A stretch of 51,871 nt of DNA from Perkinsus chesapeaki ATCC PRA-425 (Eukaryota; Protista; Perkinsozoa), in assembly GCA_013115145.1 (NCBI GenBank), contig JAAPAO010000215.1, positions 1-51,871 on the forward strand, in the 5' to 3' direction. The translations under genes were made by a program, and so were the position numbers. Below are positions 1-10,321 of this stretch, in pieces; positions within the stretch are counted from its first letter, which is position 1, and each line of letters opens with the position of its first letter. The notes under the pieces were generated by a model that was not told where the DNA came from, made no database searches, and saw nothing but the letters and a program-made list of their open reading frames with translations.

Positions 1-15
1 CAGTACGCAGGCTTC

Positions 16-101
16 GGTTCTATAGTGTATTTTACACTGTGTAACGGTTAGCACTACAGACTTTGAATCTGGCGATCTGGGTTCAAATCCCGGTAGAACC
101 T
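16..101 (+). tRNA. trnQ-TTG: tRNA-Gln(TTG) with a 14-nt insertion in the D-arm region (possible pseudogene or non-canonical intron)
   Basis: Acceptor GGTTCTA(16-22)/TAGAACC(94-100); D-stem GTGT/GCAC; anticodon loop CT-TTG-AA (61-67); T arm CTGGG-TTCAAAT-CCCGG. Removing TTTTACACTGTGTA (30-43) gives a standard 72-nt tRNA-Gln. The top anticodon-stem pair is an A:G mismatch. Confidence 0.9.
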
Positions 102-159
102 TGTACATACTAGTAAAGGGTGTCCCATAGCTTTGCATCCAATTTTGAATGAGAGTTTC

Positions 160-1554
160 TCACCAACCAGGAGGTGTTTTAAAATGAAATTCTGAAGGTA
201 CTGTTTCCGAAACAGTACAAGTACGGCGGCTGCCCTCCAAAAAGTATTCGGTAACAGCCGCTTCAAGCAGCCGATCGTCTGGAGGCCGCTAGATGCACAG
301 TCATAGTGTTTTGCGGCATGTGGGTCCGAAGTAGAAGTGAATAGAACTCAAAGGCTATTGGGTGGACCCGGCACTGCTTAACGAAAGCTTCATGACTTGA
401 AACGGCACGTCATAGGATTGATCCAGCCACATCAGTCTAGGTCTACCAACTTTATATTCTCTGGTAATTCCTCAAGTTCTTCGGGTCTGCGTTTTATCAT
501 TCGAGACTTGAGCAGTTCAAGACATTCGCTGTTTACCTCAGCCTCGAGTGTGCGACCGAGGGATAATATGAGACGACCGTCCCGCTTGAAGAAGAAGAGG
601 TCGCTTTGCTGTATTAAGTCTTGAGAAAGATATACGATAACAAAGTAACCAGAGAGGCTTGCCACGGCTGGATCTACCATGTAGAGATAGTCATCGTTCC
701 CACGCGCCCCACACAGAATCTTTCCCGAAAACGTCTCGATCTGAGGATTCCTGAAATCTTGCTCAACGACCTTGCTAGCCACCGAATGAGTAGCGCTGCA
801 TATGGAACGATCGAAGGGAATATCGCAGTTGACCACGAGCCAGCGCACGTCGGCAGAAGATACTTTCGGTTGGCCTCCCAACTTCATAGGCACATAAAGA
901 GCGCCTGCGTCTGATCGCTCCAGCCGATGTCGAGAACTAAGAAAAAAGTGCTCCGTCGCAAAGACTGACCCCCGAGCTCACTTCCGTATGCATCCGCTGC
1001 TAGCTTGCTCGCGCTCGACCCACTCCAACTTCTCTGTTCTGCTATATCTCGTAGGCTCGAATCGGCCATCTCTCACAGAAATAGGCAGAAAATGTGTTAT
1101 AGCGGTTCGTGATAGCAGCCCGTAGCTTGGGCAGGGGATCCACTCCCCCTCAGAATTCCGTACCGGGGGCCTTGGGATATGCAGGTCCACCAGGGATGGG
1201 GACCGACGCTCGCCTGTGAAGGTCAGACGGCCAAACACATCTTGTAGAGTTAGCTGCTGCCTCAGGAAAGCTAGCCACTCCGCGAAAGCCATTGGCGCGG
1301 TCGGTGGAAGATGCCGAGCTACTGAAGCCGGAAGTAGCAGTGCCTGCGGATGCCCCTGAGGCGAAAAATATCGAAGGTTACCTGACCTGTATCGTCTTCA
1401 CAGCCTCAACGGCAACCGCTGGCTTCTTAATGTACGCCGCGAAGTATCGGCAAGTAGCGCTGAGATTGAGGACAAAGCTTAGGCCGATTGTCAGGGAGTA
1501 GTCAGCGATGAGCTCAATAATTTCAAGAGGTATCCTAGGAGACTGAGCCGTCAT
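160..1554 (-). CDS. F-box domain protein, multi-exon, C-terminal region unrecognised
   Basis: Exon 1 from ATG 1554 reads MTAQSPRIPLEIIELIADYSLTIGLSFVLNLSATCRYFAAYIKK, an F-box-like pattern. It splices into ORF 978-1292 and then 432-893. A plausible last exon RPPDDRLLEAAVTEYF...TPPGW* ends at 160. Confidence 0.6.
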
Positions 1555-1780
1555 TCAGAACAGAGAAATAACATTAACAGAACTGATCGGCTAGTGACCG
1601 TGACAGCCAGTACTCCAATGGCTTCTTGATCGCCGTCTATGTAGTGAGGCCATCCACCGTAATGGCAATGTGGCGATACGAAGGCTTTACTGGTGCTACT
1701 AAGAACGCAACTCCAGAACGAGGCATGAGAAGCTGTTTTAGATACGACTGTATGCATGCGGCGCTACTGTAGCTCACTTC

Positions 1781-4153
1781 CTAACGCCCACAACTGCTGC
1801 TGCCCTTCTCTCTTCCTCGTGCTTTACTGGACTCGAACTCTCCTCGAGGGTGGGCCATCCCTCCTGTGATAAAGTCTGCAGGAGATTCCTCTCCCGCCTC
1901 CCCGCCCCTCAGAGAATACTGTCGCATCTGTATTTCCATGTTCTGCTTTCGTAGCGCCATTCTCATTCGGTGCATCCTCCTCAATATGCTATTAACCTCT
2001 TTCCGTCTTCTCTCATCCTCATCCCCGCCTGCTTCACCCTCTTCCTCTAATGAATGCAACAGCCGCCGTTGGCGTGATACCTTCGTCGGTGACCCTCTGT
2101 TGACCGACGGTAATGGATCAACGCTAGCAGCACGCAAGCGAGACCTCGGCAACACAGGTACTGCCTCGTGGCCACGCGGTCGTCTAGCTTGGCCTGCCTC
2201 GGGCGTCCCCTTCGATGCCACTATATAGGTGTCAGGGTCCAGGGGTGCACCCGATTCCGTTGTGGCTGATTCGCGGCTGATGCTACCAGCTCCATAGTAG
2301 GTTGTAAATGATGTGGACCGGTACACCATCCCAAGTTCATGAACAGACGGCCGAGGATCCCTGGCAGTTGCCGGATAATCTTCCATTCCTTCTCCTCCTC
2401 CTGGGCGGCAGCGGCGATCTATCGGAGGTACCACCATCCGCAGGCCGTGTGGTGAATTCACTACTGGATGATGCACTGGCTTGAAAGGGTTAGCTAGATT
2501 CTCCTTGCTAATGTGATCGTACTCTAGCAGATAGGTGAGACCCGCTACGTCCTGCCTATCCTTGCTGTTCCCCCTGCGGTGAGGTCTGTGTGGCACTGGC
2601 TCCAAAGCCCGATCTCTGTCCCGAGACTCGGACCTAGCCCTTCGCATCCCCTCCCATGGCCCTCTGAAATCAGGTCGGCCTGGTCGACTACTATAAAGCT
2701 TCAGCTGCAAGTCTTTTAGTTCTTGCTCTGTCTGCCTCTTTTCCTCCTCGGCCAACTGAAGTTCTTGAATCATGTCATCTTGAGATTGCGGCCCAGTATT
2801 CACAGAGGGCTCAACCACCCTTCGGAGGCCCATTGCATCGAGTTGCCCAACGAGCGTCCTATAAGCCTCCTGAGCACCTCTCGCTCCACTATGAGATTTG
2901 ATACAGGAGCACACTCCTGCCACAGTAGCCGCTATTCTGGAACGGACTGCCGGAAGGGTTAGAATGGCCTGGAGGCTGGGCCGATGCTTGGTGCTATCAG
3001 ACAGCATGAGGACTATGAGATCCTGCATGCCCCTGCTACAGGTCATTCGACCGTACTGACCCTGCATTATCTTCAGCGCCAACCCTTGGAGTGTGTCCCC
3101 CTCAAAGGCATATCGGCCATGGAGGATCTCATAGAGGATGCAACCGAGCCCCCAGACGTCCGACTCGTAACTGTATGGTTTGCCCTTGTAAATCTCAGGT
3201 GACATGTACACAGGTGTTCCGATCATTGTGGAGGCTAGTGCAGCCCTGCCCAAAGAGGGGTTGGAGGAGGGACCTTCCAGCATCTGTCTAGGTCGTTTCT
3301 TAATGCTAGAATGATCAACACTAACTTACCTTACTCACGCCGAAGTCTCCCAGTTTCAGGACAAGGCACCCGTCTGAGGCAGGGCCGGCAGGTTTCAGAA
3401 GAAAAACGTTCTCAGTCTTCATATCGCGATGAAGAACCTATGACGCCCGTCTCATTAAGCCTCCGCGGAAGTACACCAACCTTCTGTGAATGCATCGCTT
3501 GGAGAGCCAGACATAGCTGGATGAGCCAATTAGTGGCCGTGTCTTCCAGAGCCGGTGACAGCGGCCCTCCGGCACTCCACATGTTATGAATGTGGACACC
3601 GAGGTCACCAGATGAGCAGTATCTTGACAGAGCCAGTGTCAGCCACAATTCAGCTCAGAAAGGTCCAGTACTCCATCACTATGCATATGGCATCATCAGG
3701 AGTTACAAATGACTCTTTATGCCTAAAAGAGCCTCCAGATGCTTGCACTGGTCTGTCTCTCACCAGACGATGTTGGGATGGCCCTTGAGAGCTTCCATGA
3801 GGTGCACTTCCTGCTTCACTTGCACCTGCTGCCGATTCCCTACGTCCCTGAGTGGCACCCTCTTCAAACAGTACAGCTTATGGTCCAGGGAAGATTCAAC
3901 CACAAATACCTGAGGCTCATATCAGCTACTTCATCGTTAACTCCACCAGCCCTACCTCACCGTATGCTCCTTGACCCAACGTTCTTGTTACTCGATAAGT
4001 ATCCCCGTCATCTCCCCCACCTCTTAAAATATCACCCACTCTTATTGACCGAGGCTCAAAGGAGGCAGGTGCTCCATGATGATGGTGGTGGTGGTCAAGA
4101 TGCCGTCGATTGTCAGATGAGCCGACTATGTATGATGGGCCAACACGTGCCAT
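1781..4153 (-). CDS. NEK (NIMA-related) Ser/Thr protein kinase, multi-exon
   Basis: Spliced motifs LGQGAYGEV, YCLKRV, EVHLMEALKGHPNIV, IQLCLALQAMHSQK-VLHRDMKTENVFL, KLGDFG, STMIGTPVYMSPEIYKGKPYSYESDVWGLGCILYE, RPSLQAIL. C-terminal coiled-coil and low-complexity tail; HHHHHH run near the N-terminus. Confidence 0.93.
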
Positions 4154-4351
4154 AGGGTGGACCCTAGGCAATGACCCCGCCGGTTTCACCAGTTTCGCGC
4201 CTTTGTGTACTAACAACACAAGCGTTCCTTTTAGTGTGGAAATGATAAATGGAAATGAGTTATGACGTGATGATTACGATTACGACAACAACGTAACGAT
4301 ATTCTTCTTGACGATCTTGGATAATATATCTACAGTAATGGTAATAGTCAA

Positions 4352-6934
4352 TCAACCTTCAGCAGCAGAGCTGCTTTGGCTTGCGAACGCCGGGCTGTGC
4401 TTAAGATACTGCAAGTGAGGCGTCCAGAACGATGCCGCCGAGGACGGCTGTAGTCCTGGCGAGTTGGCAAAAGTTAAGCATGTCGCTGCTGCTATGTTAT
4501 TGCTGTTGTTATTAGCAGTAGGAGTAGTGGCTGCTGTAGTAGACGATGAAGCCGAGCTAGCACTTGTAGCAGTGCTTGTTGCTGCTACCGCTCCTGTCGT
4601 TTGAGGATAAGATACGACAGTAGCGGATGACATAGTCGTCTGATAGGGCATAAAGGTTGGACTCAAAGCATAGCCAAATGAGGGTACAGCTTTACCGTAT
4701 ACGCTACCGTCCACTCCAACCGCCGACGACGACGATGAGCCACCAATAGCACTATCTTCCAGCTGGATGTCATCATCCATCATAGGACCATCACCGTTGC
4801 TCGGCCCAAAGGAGGGCATCCGAGATGGGGTGATCTGGGTAGCAGGGAAAGCAGGACTTCGCAAGTACTTAGGTAATGCTGATGAGAACATGCGGCTCGA
4901 CAACGGAGGAGAGCCAGGGTTAAATAAGGGTGATAAAGGTACATAAGATGAAGCTGTTGTTGACGTTGACGTTGTTGGCAGAGTTCTAGCTCGCTTGGCA
5001 TCGGAGGGGGTGACCGCGGAGGCGGTACCATCACCACCATCTCCTCCGGCACCAGGAGGATCGGCTGCGATTTCAATATCGGTGGTGGAGAGAGAGCTCT
5101 GACCACTGCCGCCGAAAAGGACACTATCAGCCAGTTTAGTGCTATCCAGCTTCACACCACTCCTACCCGCCTCCTCTTTAGCCACAGACCGGTCTCGCTT
5201 CCGGGATGGTCGTGGCAAGGGCGGGCTCCTGCTGGTGCTGGCCATCGGCCTCGGCCACATTGTCGATGGATAAGGCATCATAAACGGCATAGACATCATA
5301 TTACCAGGTCGGGCAGTGCCATAAACAGCTTGTGCCAATGATGGTACTACACCAGGCCTTCTAGACTGTTGAGATGACATAGAGTTCTGCACCGAGGGTC
5401 GAGGATCAGCTGCTCCCGAAGCCGAGTTATGAGTGCCACGCTCCGCCCTCAGCTTGGCCACCACTTCTCTTATCATCGTGTGACTCTCCTCAGCGATAAA
5501 TGATTCCCTGGCCTGATCCGACTCGAAAGTCTTATGCTGCTCCTCAATCATTCGCTCCACTTTAGCTCTTGCCGAATCAACCGAGTCCTCCATAACCCTG
5601 CGGTCGGATACAGCATCCGCCAGATTCCGCCTCAATGGACCGTAAATACGTTTCTTGTTAACATATATAGTAGCATTGTAACCGCCATTATTCCGCCAGA
5701 CACCTTTAGGCGCCGCATAGGGCTTCTTTCGACGCTTAATCCCAGCCACCGCCTCCGCCGCTGCCGACGAACTACTTCGCATTCCATCTGGTCTCATCAT
5801 CTCGCCTCCCTGGCCATATCCTCTAGTGCCTGGATAGCCTCCCCCATAGTACCATGGATTGCTGCTCATAGCAGCAGCATAGCTCCACTGGTTATACTGT
5901 AGCTGCTGAAATTGCTGCCAGGTCTGAGTATCCACTCCTTGCATATTGCCATCCGCCCCCCCAACAGCAGCAGCAGCTACTGCCTGCGTATCCGGAGCAA
6001 CCTCTAGCGTAAACTCATTGCACTTCATATCATCACCGTTGTCAGGGCCACCATCCAGGGAGCAATCCTCTGTGATGGCCACCAAGGGTAACGTGCCGAC
6101 CTCGGACTCGGCCATGTGATCATCATTTGAGCCAACAACGCTCGCCGTCGGAGAGGTATCTGCCTTGGGAGTAATGACCCCGAGATCCAATGTCTTGGTG
6201 TCATCACTGTTTGCCACCGATGGCGATGAGCTGCCAGGGGAATGGACTCCAGCCGATAACAACGCCGCTGTCAGTTGGCCAGACATACCACCACCGCCGG
6301 CAGAGGAATGTTGCACGCTTCCTACAGCAGGAGACGGCAACTGGGCCTCGACAGTAGCCGGACCTTCGCCAGACAGAGCTGGCGGCCGCGGTGGTGACGT
6401 AGCGGAGGCCTTCCCCCCTCCTCCTCCTGCTGCTGCACCTGCTCTCTTCATTTGTGCGTGGGCAATAAGTGCCTGTTGCTGCTGTAGCAGCATATACTGC
6501 TGCCATTGTATCTGTTGATTCATATTCTGTAACTGTGCTGCAGCCATAGCAGCTCCCATCATCGACATAAACACTGGATTCTCCCCATCACCCGAGCTTG
6601 TGACGCCGCCACTCGATGCATCTAAAACGTCACCTCCGCCAATAGCCTCCAACAGCTCCGGTGGAGACTTCTCCTGTTGACCATAACTGCCATCGTCATC
6701 CATCATAGAGTGATGACTTGATGTATCCATAATAGGATAAAGCTGTGATGCCGATGAAGATGGCGGTGGCGGTGGAGAAGGCTCATGTAGTTGATGGTTG
6801 GACAGTGAAGTGACGTGCGGGACCATTGATGAGATAGAGGATGATGGCGATGAGGCCCCACCATCTATCAGCCCCGCAGGCCGATGCTCTGCGCCGCCGC
6901 CGAGCGACGGAATCTCTGGTAAACTCTCTGACAT
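4352..6934 (-). CDS. AP2-domain (ApiAP2-like) putative transcription factor, single exon, 860 aa, mostly low complexity
   Basis: Uninterrupted ORF. KRRKKPYAAPKGVWRNNGGYNATIYVNKKRIYGPLRRNLADAVSDRR (about 5590-5740) fits the AP2 three-strand plus helix pattern preceded by a basic NLS-like stretch. The flanks are Ser/Gln/Ala/Gly-rich. Confidence 0.72.
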   Translation of the reverse strand: MSESLPEIPSLGGGAEHRPAGLIDGGASSPSSSISSMVPHVTSLSNHQLHEPSPPPPPSSSASQLYPIMDTSSHHSMMDDDGSYGQQEKSPPELLEAIGGGDVLDASSGGVTSSGDGENPVFMSMMGAAMAAAQLQNMNQQIQWQQYMLLQQQQALIAHAQMKRAGAAAGGGGGKASATSPPRPPALSGEGPATVEAQLPSPAVGSVQHSSAGGGGMSGQLTAALLSAGVHSPGSSSPSVANSDDTKTLDLGVITPKADTSPTASVVGSNDDHMAESEVGTLPLVAITEDCSLDGGPDNGDDMKCNEFTLEVAPDTQAVAAAAVGGADGNMQGVDTQTWQQFQQLQYNQWSYAAAMSSNPWYYGGGYPGTRGYGQGGEMMRPDGMRSSSSAAAEAVAGIKRRKKPYAAPKGVWRNNGGYNATIYVNKKRIYGPLRRNLADAVSDRRVMEDSVDSARAKVERMIEEQHKTFESDQARESFIAEESHTMIREVVAKLRAERGTHNSASGAADPRPSVQNSMSSQQSRRPGVVPSLAQAVYGTARPGNMMSMPFMMPYPSTMWPRPMASTSRSPPLPRPSRKRDRSVAKEEAGRSGVKLDSTKLADSVLFGGSGQSSLSTTDIEIAADPPGAGGDGGDGTASAVTPSDAKRARTLPTTSTSTTASSYVPLSPLFNPGSPPLSSRMFSSALPKYLRSPAFPATQITPSRMPSFGPSNGDGPMMDDDIQLEDSAIGGSSSSSAVGVDGSVYGKAVPSFGYALSPTFMPYQTTMSSATVVSYPQTTGAVAATSTATSASSASSSTTAATTPTANNNSNNIAAATCLTFANSPGLQPSSAASFWTPHLQYLKHSPAFASQSSSAAEG

Positions 6935-7103
6935 TAGTCAGGGTAATAACTAAACGCGCCTTCGTGCACAACACAGCAGCAGAATTAGTACGCAAGTTCA
7001 GCCAAAGCAAGATTGCGCAAACTTGCTTTCTTACGATTTCTCAACGCATGTGCCCAACGCGTCACACCTCACTGGCTCAAGGCAAGAATGGTTAAAGAAA
7101 CTA

Positions 7104-10089
7104 TTATTTATTGCTCGTACGTCTTGATTGGTTTGTCCAGGGTAAAACACGACTGGACGGGGCTGATGAGCTGGCGGCCGGGAATAATGGCACCTGAGAG
7201 AGCTATTGCAATGACAAGACGTCACCATACATCCTCTTACTGAGGCACTCGGCTGATGGCTTCGAGACATAGACGAAGGCGCATTATCAACGCCATCGTC
7301 ATCATCCTCATCATCAGAATCAGCGTTTAAGAAGTCAGCGAAGCTGGTTGGCCCTCCGCCTGTGCTCGTCTTAACCCGTTTGGTCCGGTCAGGAGGCGGG
7401 CCCGCGGCCGTTTCTCGCGCCCGTTTAATTGTGCGAGATGCGCTCTTCGCCTTTGGCTTGGCCTTGGCTTTTGCTTTGGCTTTCCCTTTCGCCTTGGCTT
7501 TTGCTTTGCCCCTGGGCTTTCCAGCCACTGGCTGGACTGACCGGAAATCATCATCTGAATCCATCCCGTCCAACTCAGACTCGCCGAACTCTTCCTTCAC
7601 AGCAGGTAGTCTTCCCCGAGAACTTGTCGAGTTCGAGGAAATCCTCGACGAAGCTGCTCCAGGTGATGACATGCCGCTCTGCTGCCCAGCAGTGGTATCC
7701 GGCTGAAATAAACCATCCAGCCTAATCGGGTCTCCTACGGCTCACCTCCGATCCTCCAACAGCGTTTCGCCGCACCCCTTCCGCTCGTGTCCTTGCTGCT
7801 TCCCTAATAACCCCCTCCTGGGCCGGTACGTGTGCCCGATCAGCCTCTATTGAGTCCGTAGTTTGCTTCACCACATCCGATACGAACTGCGTTATCGCTG
7901 TTGTCTCATTCTTGTGTACATACCTGTAACCATACTTGCCATCCCCTTTCCTTCTTCACCTTGGTCCGTTGGTCCTTACTCTTGTACCACTTCGTTGAGC
8001 CTGGTCTCCGGGATAAGGTCGAGGCAATCCGCACCATTAACGTAGTGGAATATGATATCCTGCATTTGGTCTCTATCGGCTCCCGCGTCTCCACCAACTC
8101 CACCGGCCGCATGGTCCTCCAAATTAATTTGCACTGAGGAGATACACCTTCCCCATCTCACAACAACAACAACGCTCCGTCATACACTCATTTTTCTTCT
8201 GTCTCGGTGCTCGCTTTTTCTTTTTATGCAACAGCAGTATATCTGCCGGATTCGCGACCTCCTCGAGAAACTGTTGACCGAACTTCTGGTTGGGTATGAC
8301 GGGATAGCTGCTCCCCGCTGGCAGGCCACCGCCACCACCATCGCCGTCCTCGTCTTCATCCACTGTCACGTCAACTCGTAACCGTATCAAAGGTCTGGCC
8401 TGAACCGACCACTCACCCCAGTAACCATCCAGACTGCACCCTTACAGCGCGGGCAGAATCTCGCTTGTATAGAGGGGTGACGCCACTCTCCTCAAGCCAC
8501 TGTTTGTAGGCCTTAACTTGCTGCTTGCCAAGATCTTTGCCGTGGGACACCATTGCCTTCACCACTCCACTGAGAGAGTTCCAGGCCTAACCAGGAATAA
8601 GTCATCGTCAGCGATAACCTGCTAACCCACCAGCTCTTCCATAGATTCACCGCTGCCATCTGACCGCCGCTCCCTCTGTGCTATCAACTCCTTCATCGAC
8701 TGACGAGACACAGTCGTGCTGAAACCGTCACAGATCTGGCGCTCACCACATCCTGGACCAACAGCGGTCTTGGGCTTGTTAACGGTATGGGCGTTGTACG
8801 CCATCCTCGCCCCTTCAGAAGCTCCAACAGGAAGATATGCTTGGGCAAACTCTCCCCGGCAGACAGAGAGGTCTGCATCTGCCAGCGGAGAGGAGGTGCG
8901 CACCCGAAAGATTCTTCAAAGGTTACCGAAGAGCCTGGTTGGAGTACAGAGAATCCTTGAGCCGTCTCCACTGGGTCAACGATGGACTCATGCTCGTGGC
9001 CCCAGATAACCAAGTCAAGGAAACCTGACAGACACTGCCGTGGGTGACTCCATCACAGCCTCGACCGCCGCTTACTGGGGAGCTGAGCATTCTGTAGAGA
9101 GCTACTGCCAGGCACACCCCCGGCCGCTCCTTTATACCGATTCTGGTGGACCAGCATAACCGAGAAGTACTCGCTTTCCGAGTCGGCACTACCCTCTCCA
9201 GGAGGGACCTCGAACCTGACCTACTGGAGGAGACCGATGGTCATCAGCGCTACTGTCAAGGAGGCATCACCTTGCCAGCATTGATAGCTCTATTGAGCCT
9301 CTCATCCCGCATGTTTCCCAGCCCATAAAGAGCCAGCTTCGTCTCCCCCTTCTGTATGAGTATAGGCCTTATCACTATTCGATCCAAGTCCATCTGCTGA
9401 CCGAAGTAATTCACCTGAAATCGCCAATAACTCTGTTAAGCTCTTCCTCAACCTACGAGCCTGTTAGTGTGCAGTAGGTCTATAACGGACATGTTGCCCG
9501 CCCCTCCGGGCTCGTCATGATTCCCATGAATCATAAACCTGCTCAAACACTCCTCCCAGCTGCTTCCAGGCCACCATAAGCTCACACTGGCAGCCCCACA
9601 TTGTAGTTGGGGTCCTCATAGTTCGGCGGCTCGTCCCTTATAACTCCGTTCTCGTCTTGTGTGGGAAGCACCTAAATTATCAGGTATCTGCAACAGGGAG
9701 ACCGCTTCTGCCAGACTTGAATCCGAATCGGTTGGTCTCCCATGACAGTCTGTCGGAGTATCTCGTTAACTTGTTTCATAGTCAATCGATCTGGCCTAAC
9801 AATATATTGCTGAAAAGCAGCTTTCTGACACCTCTAGCTGCTACCTTGCAACATCAAAAAGGTCTCCGCCGTGAACAACTAAGTCGACCTGAGCCAACTT
9901 GGCTCGCTGCATCGCCTCCTCGAACGCACACACTGAATCGAGGCTCCTCACCGGATCGTCCTGAGTTTGGCAGAATAAAGCGGCGCACGGTCAAGACCAA
10001 CCCACCAGCTTATGGCCGACATGGTTATCGGTGATGACCATAATCCTCATCAATGACTCGTCGCCGACATTTCCATCATTCGAAGCCAT
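7104..10089 (-). CDS. MRE11: Double-strand break repair nuclease MRE11, multi-exon
   Basis: Phosphoesterase motifs RIMVITDNHVG, VVHGGDLFD, YEDPNYNVGLPV..IHGNHDEPGG, VHQNR, VIWGHEHE, QPGSSV, GESLPKH; capping-domain IRLRVD...NQKFGQQFLEEVANPADILLLHKK. ATG at 10089; inferred stop 7104-7106. Confidence 0.95.
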
Positions 10090-10321
10090 CTTTCATAATA
10101 TACAAATCAAACTACCAGGACTACCGCGCGCCGCAAAATTCATAATTCCATCAAATCTCTCCATAAATCCATATTTTACGTGCAAGGTGAATTCTGCAAC
10201 CAATTGAGGTCGGGATGCCCCTGGACTTCGACGAGCGCCGGTCATTTACAACACGATACGTAACGAGTGATAAACATCTGTTTTAACAACACCCGAACAT
10301 GATATTAATTTTCAACGATTA

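Noticed and set aside
54-266. Minus-strand ORF running antisense through the tRNA
   Set aside because: A different frame (RPPDDRLLEAAVTEYF...GW*, stop at 160) follows a good acceptor and ends the F-box gene before the tRNA, so no overlap is needed.
4070-4095. Poly-His run in the NEK N-terminus
   Set aside because: Simple CAC/CAT codon repeat; low-complexity tracts are common throughout this window.
7072-7081. CTGGCTCAAG, matching the 3' end of the Perkinsus/dinoflagellate spliced leader
   Set aside because: Only 10 nt, on the strand opposite both flanking genes; chance is sufficient.
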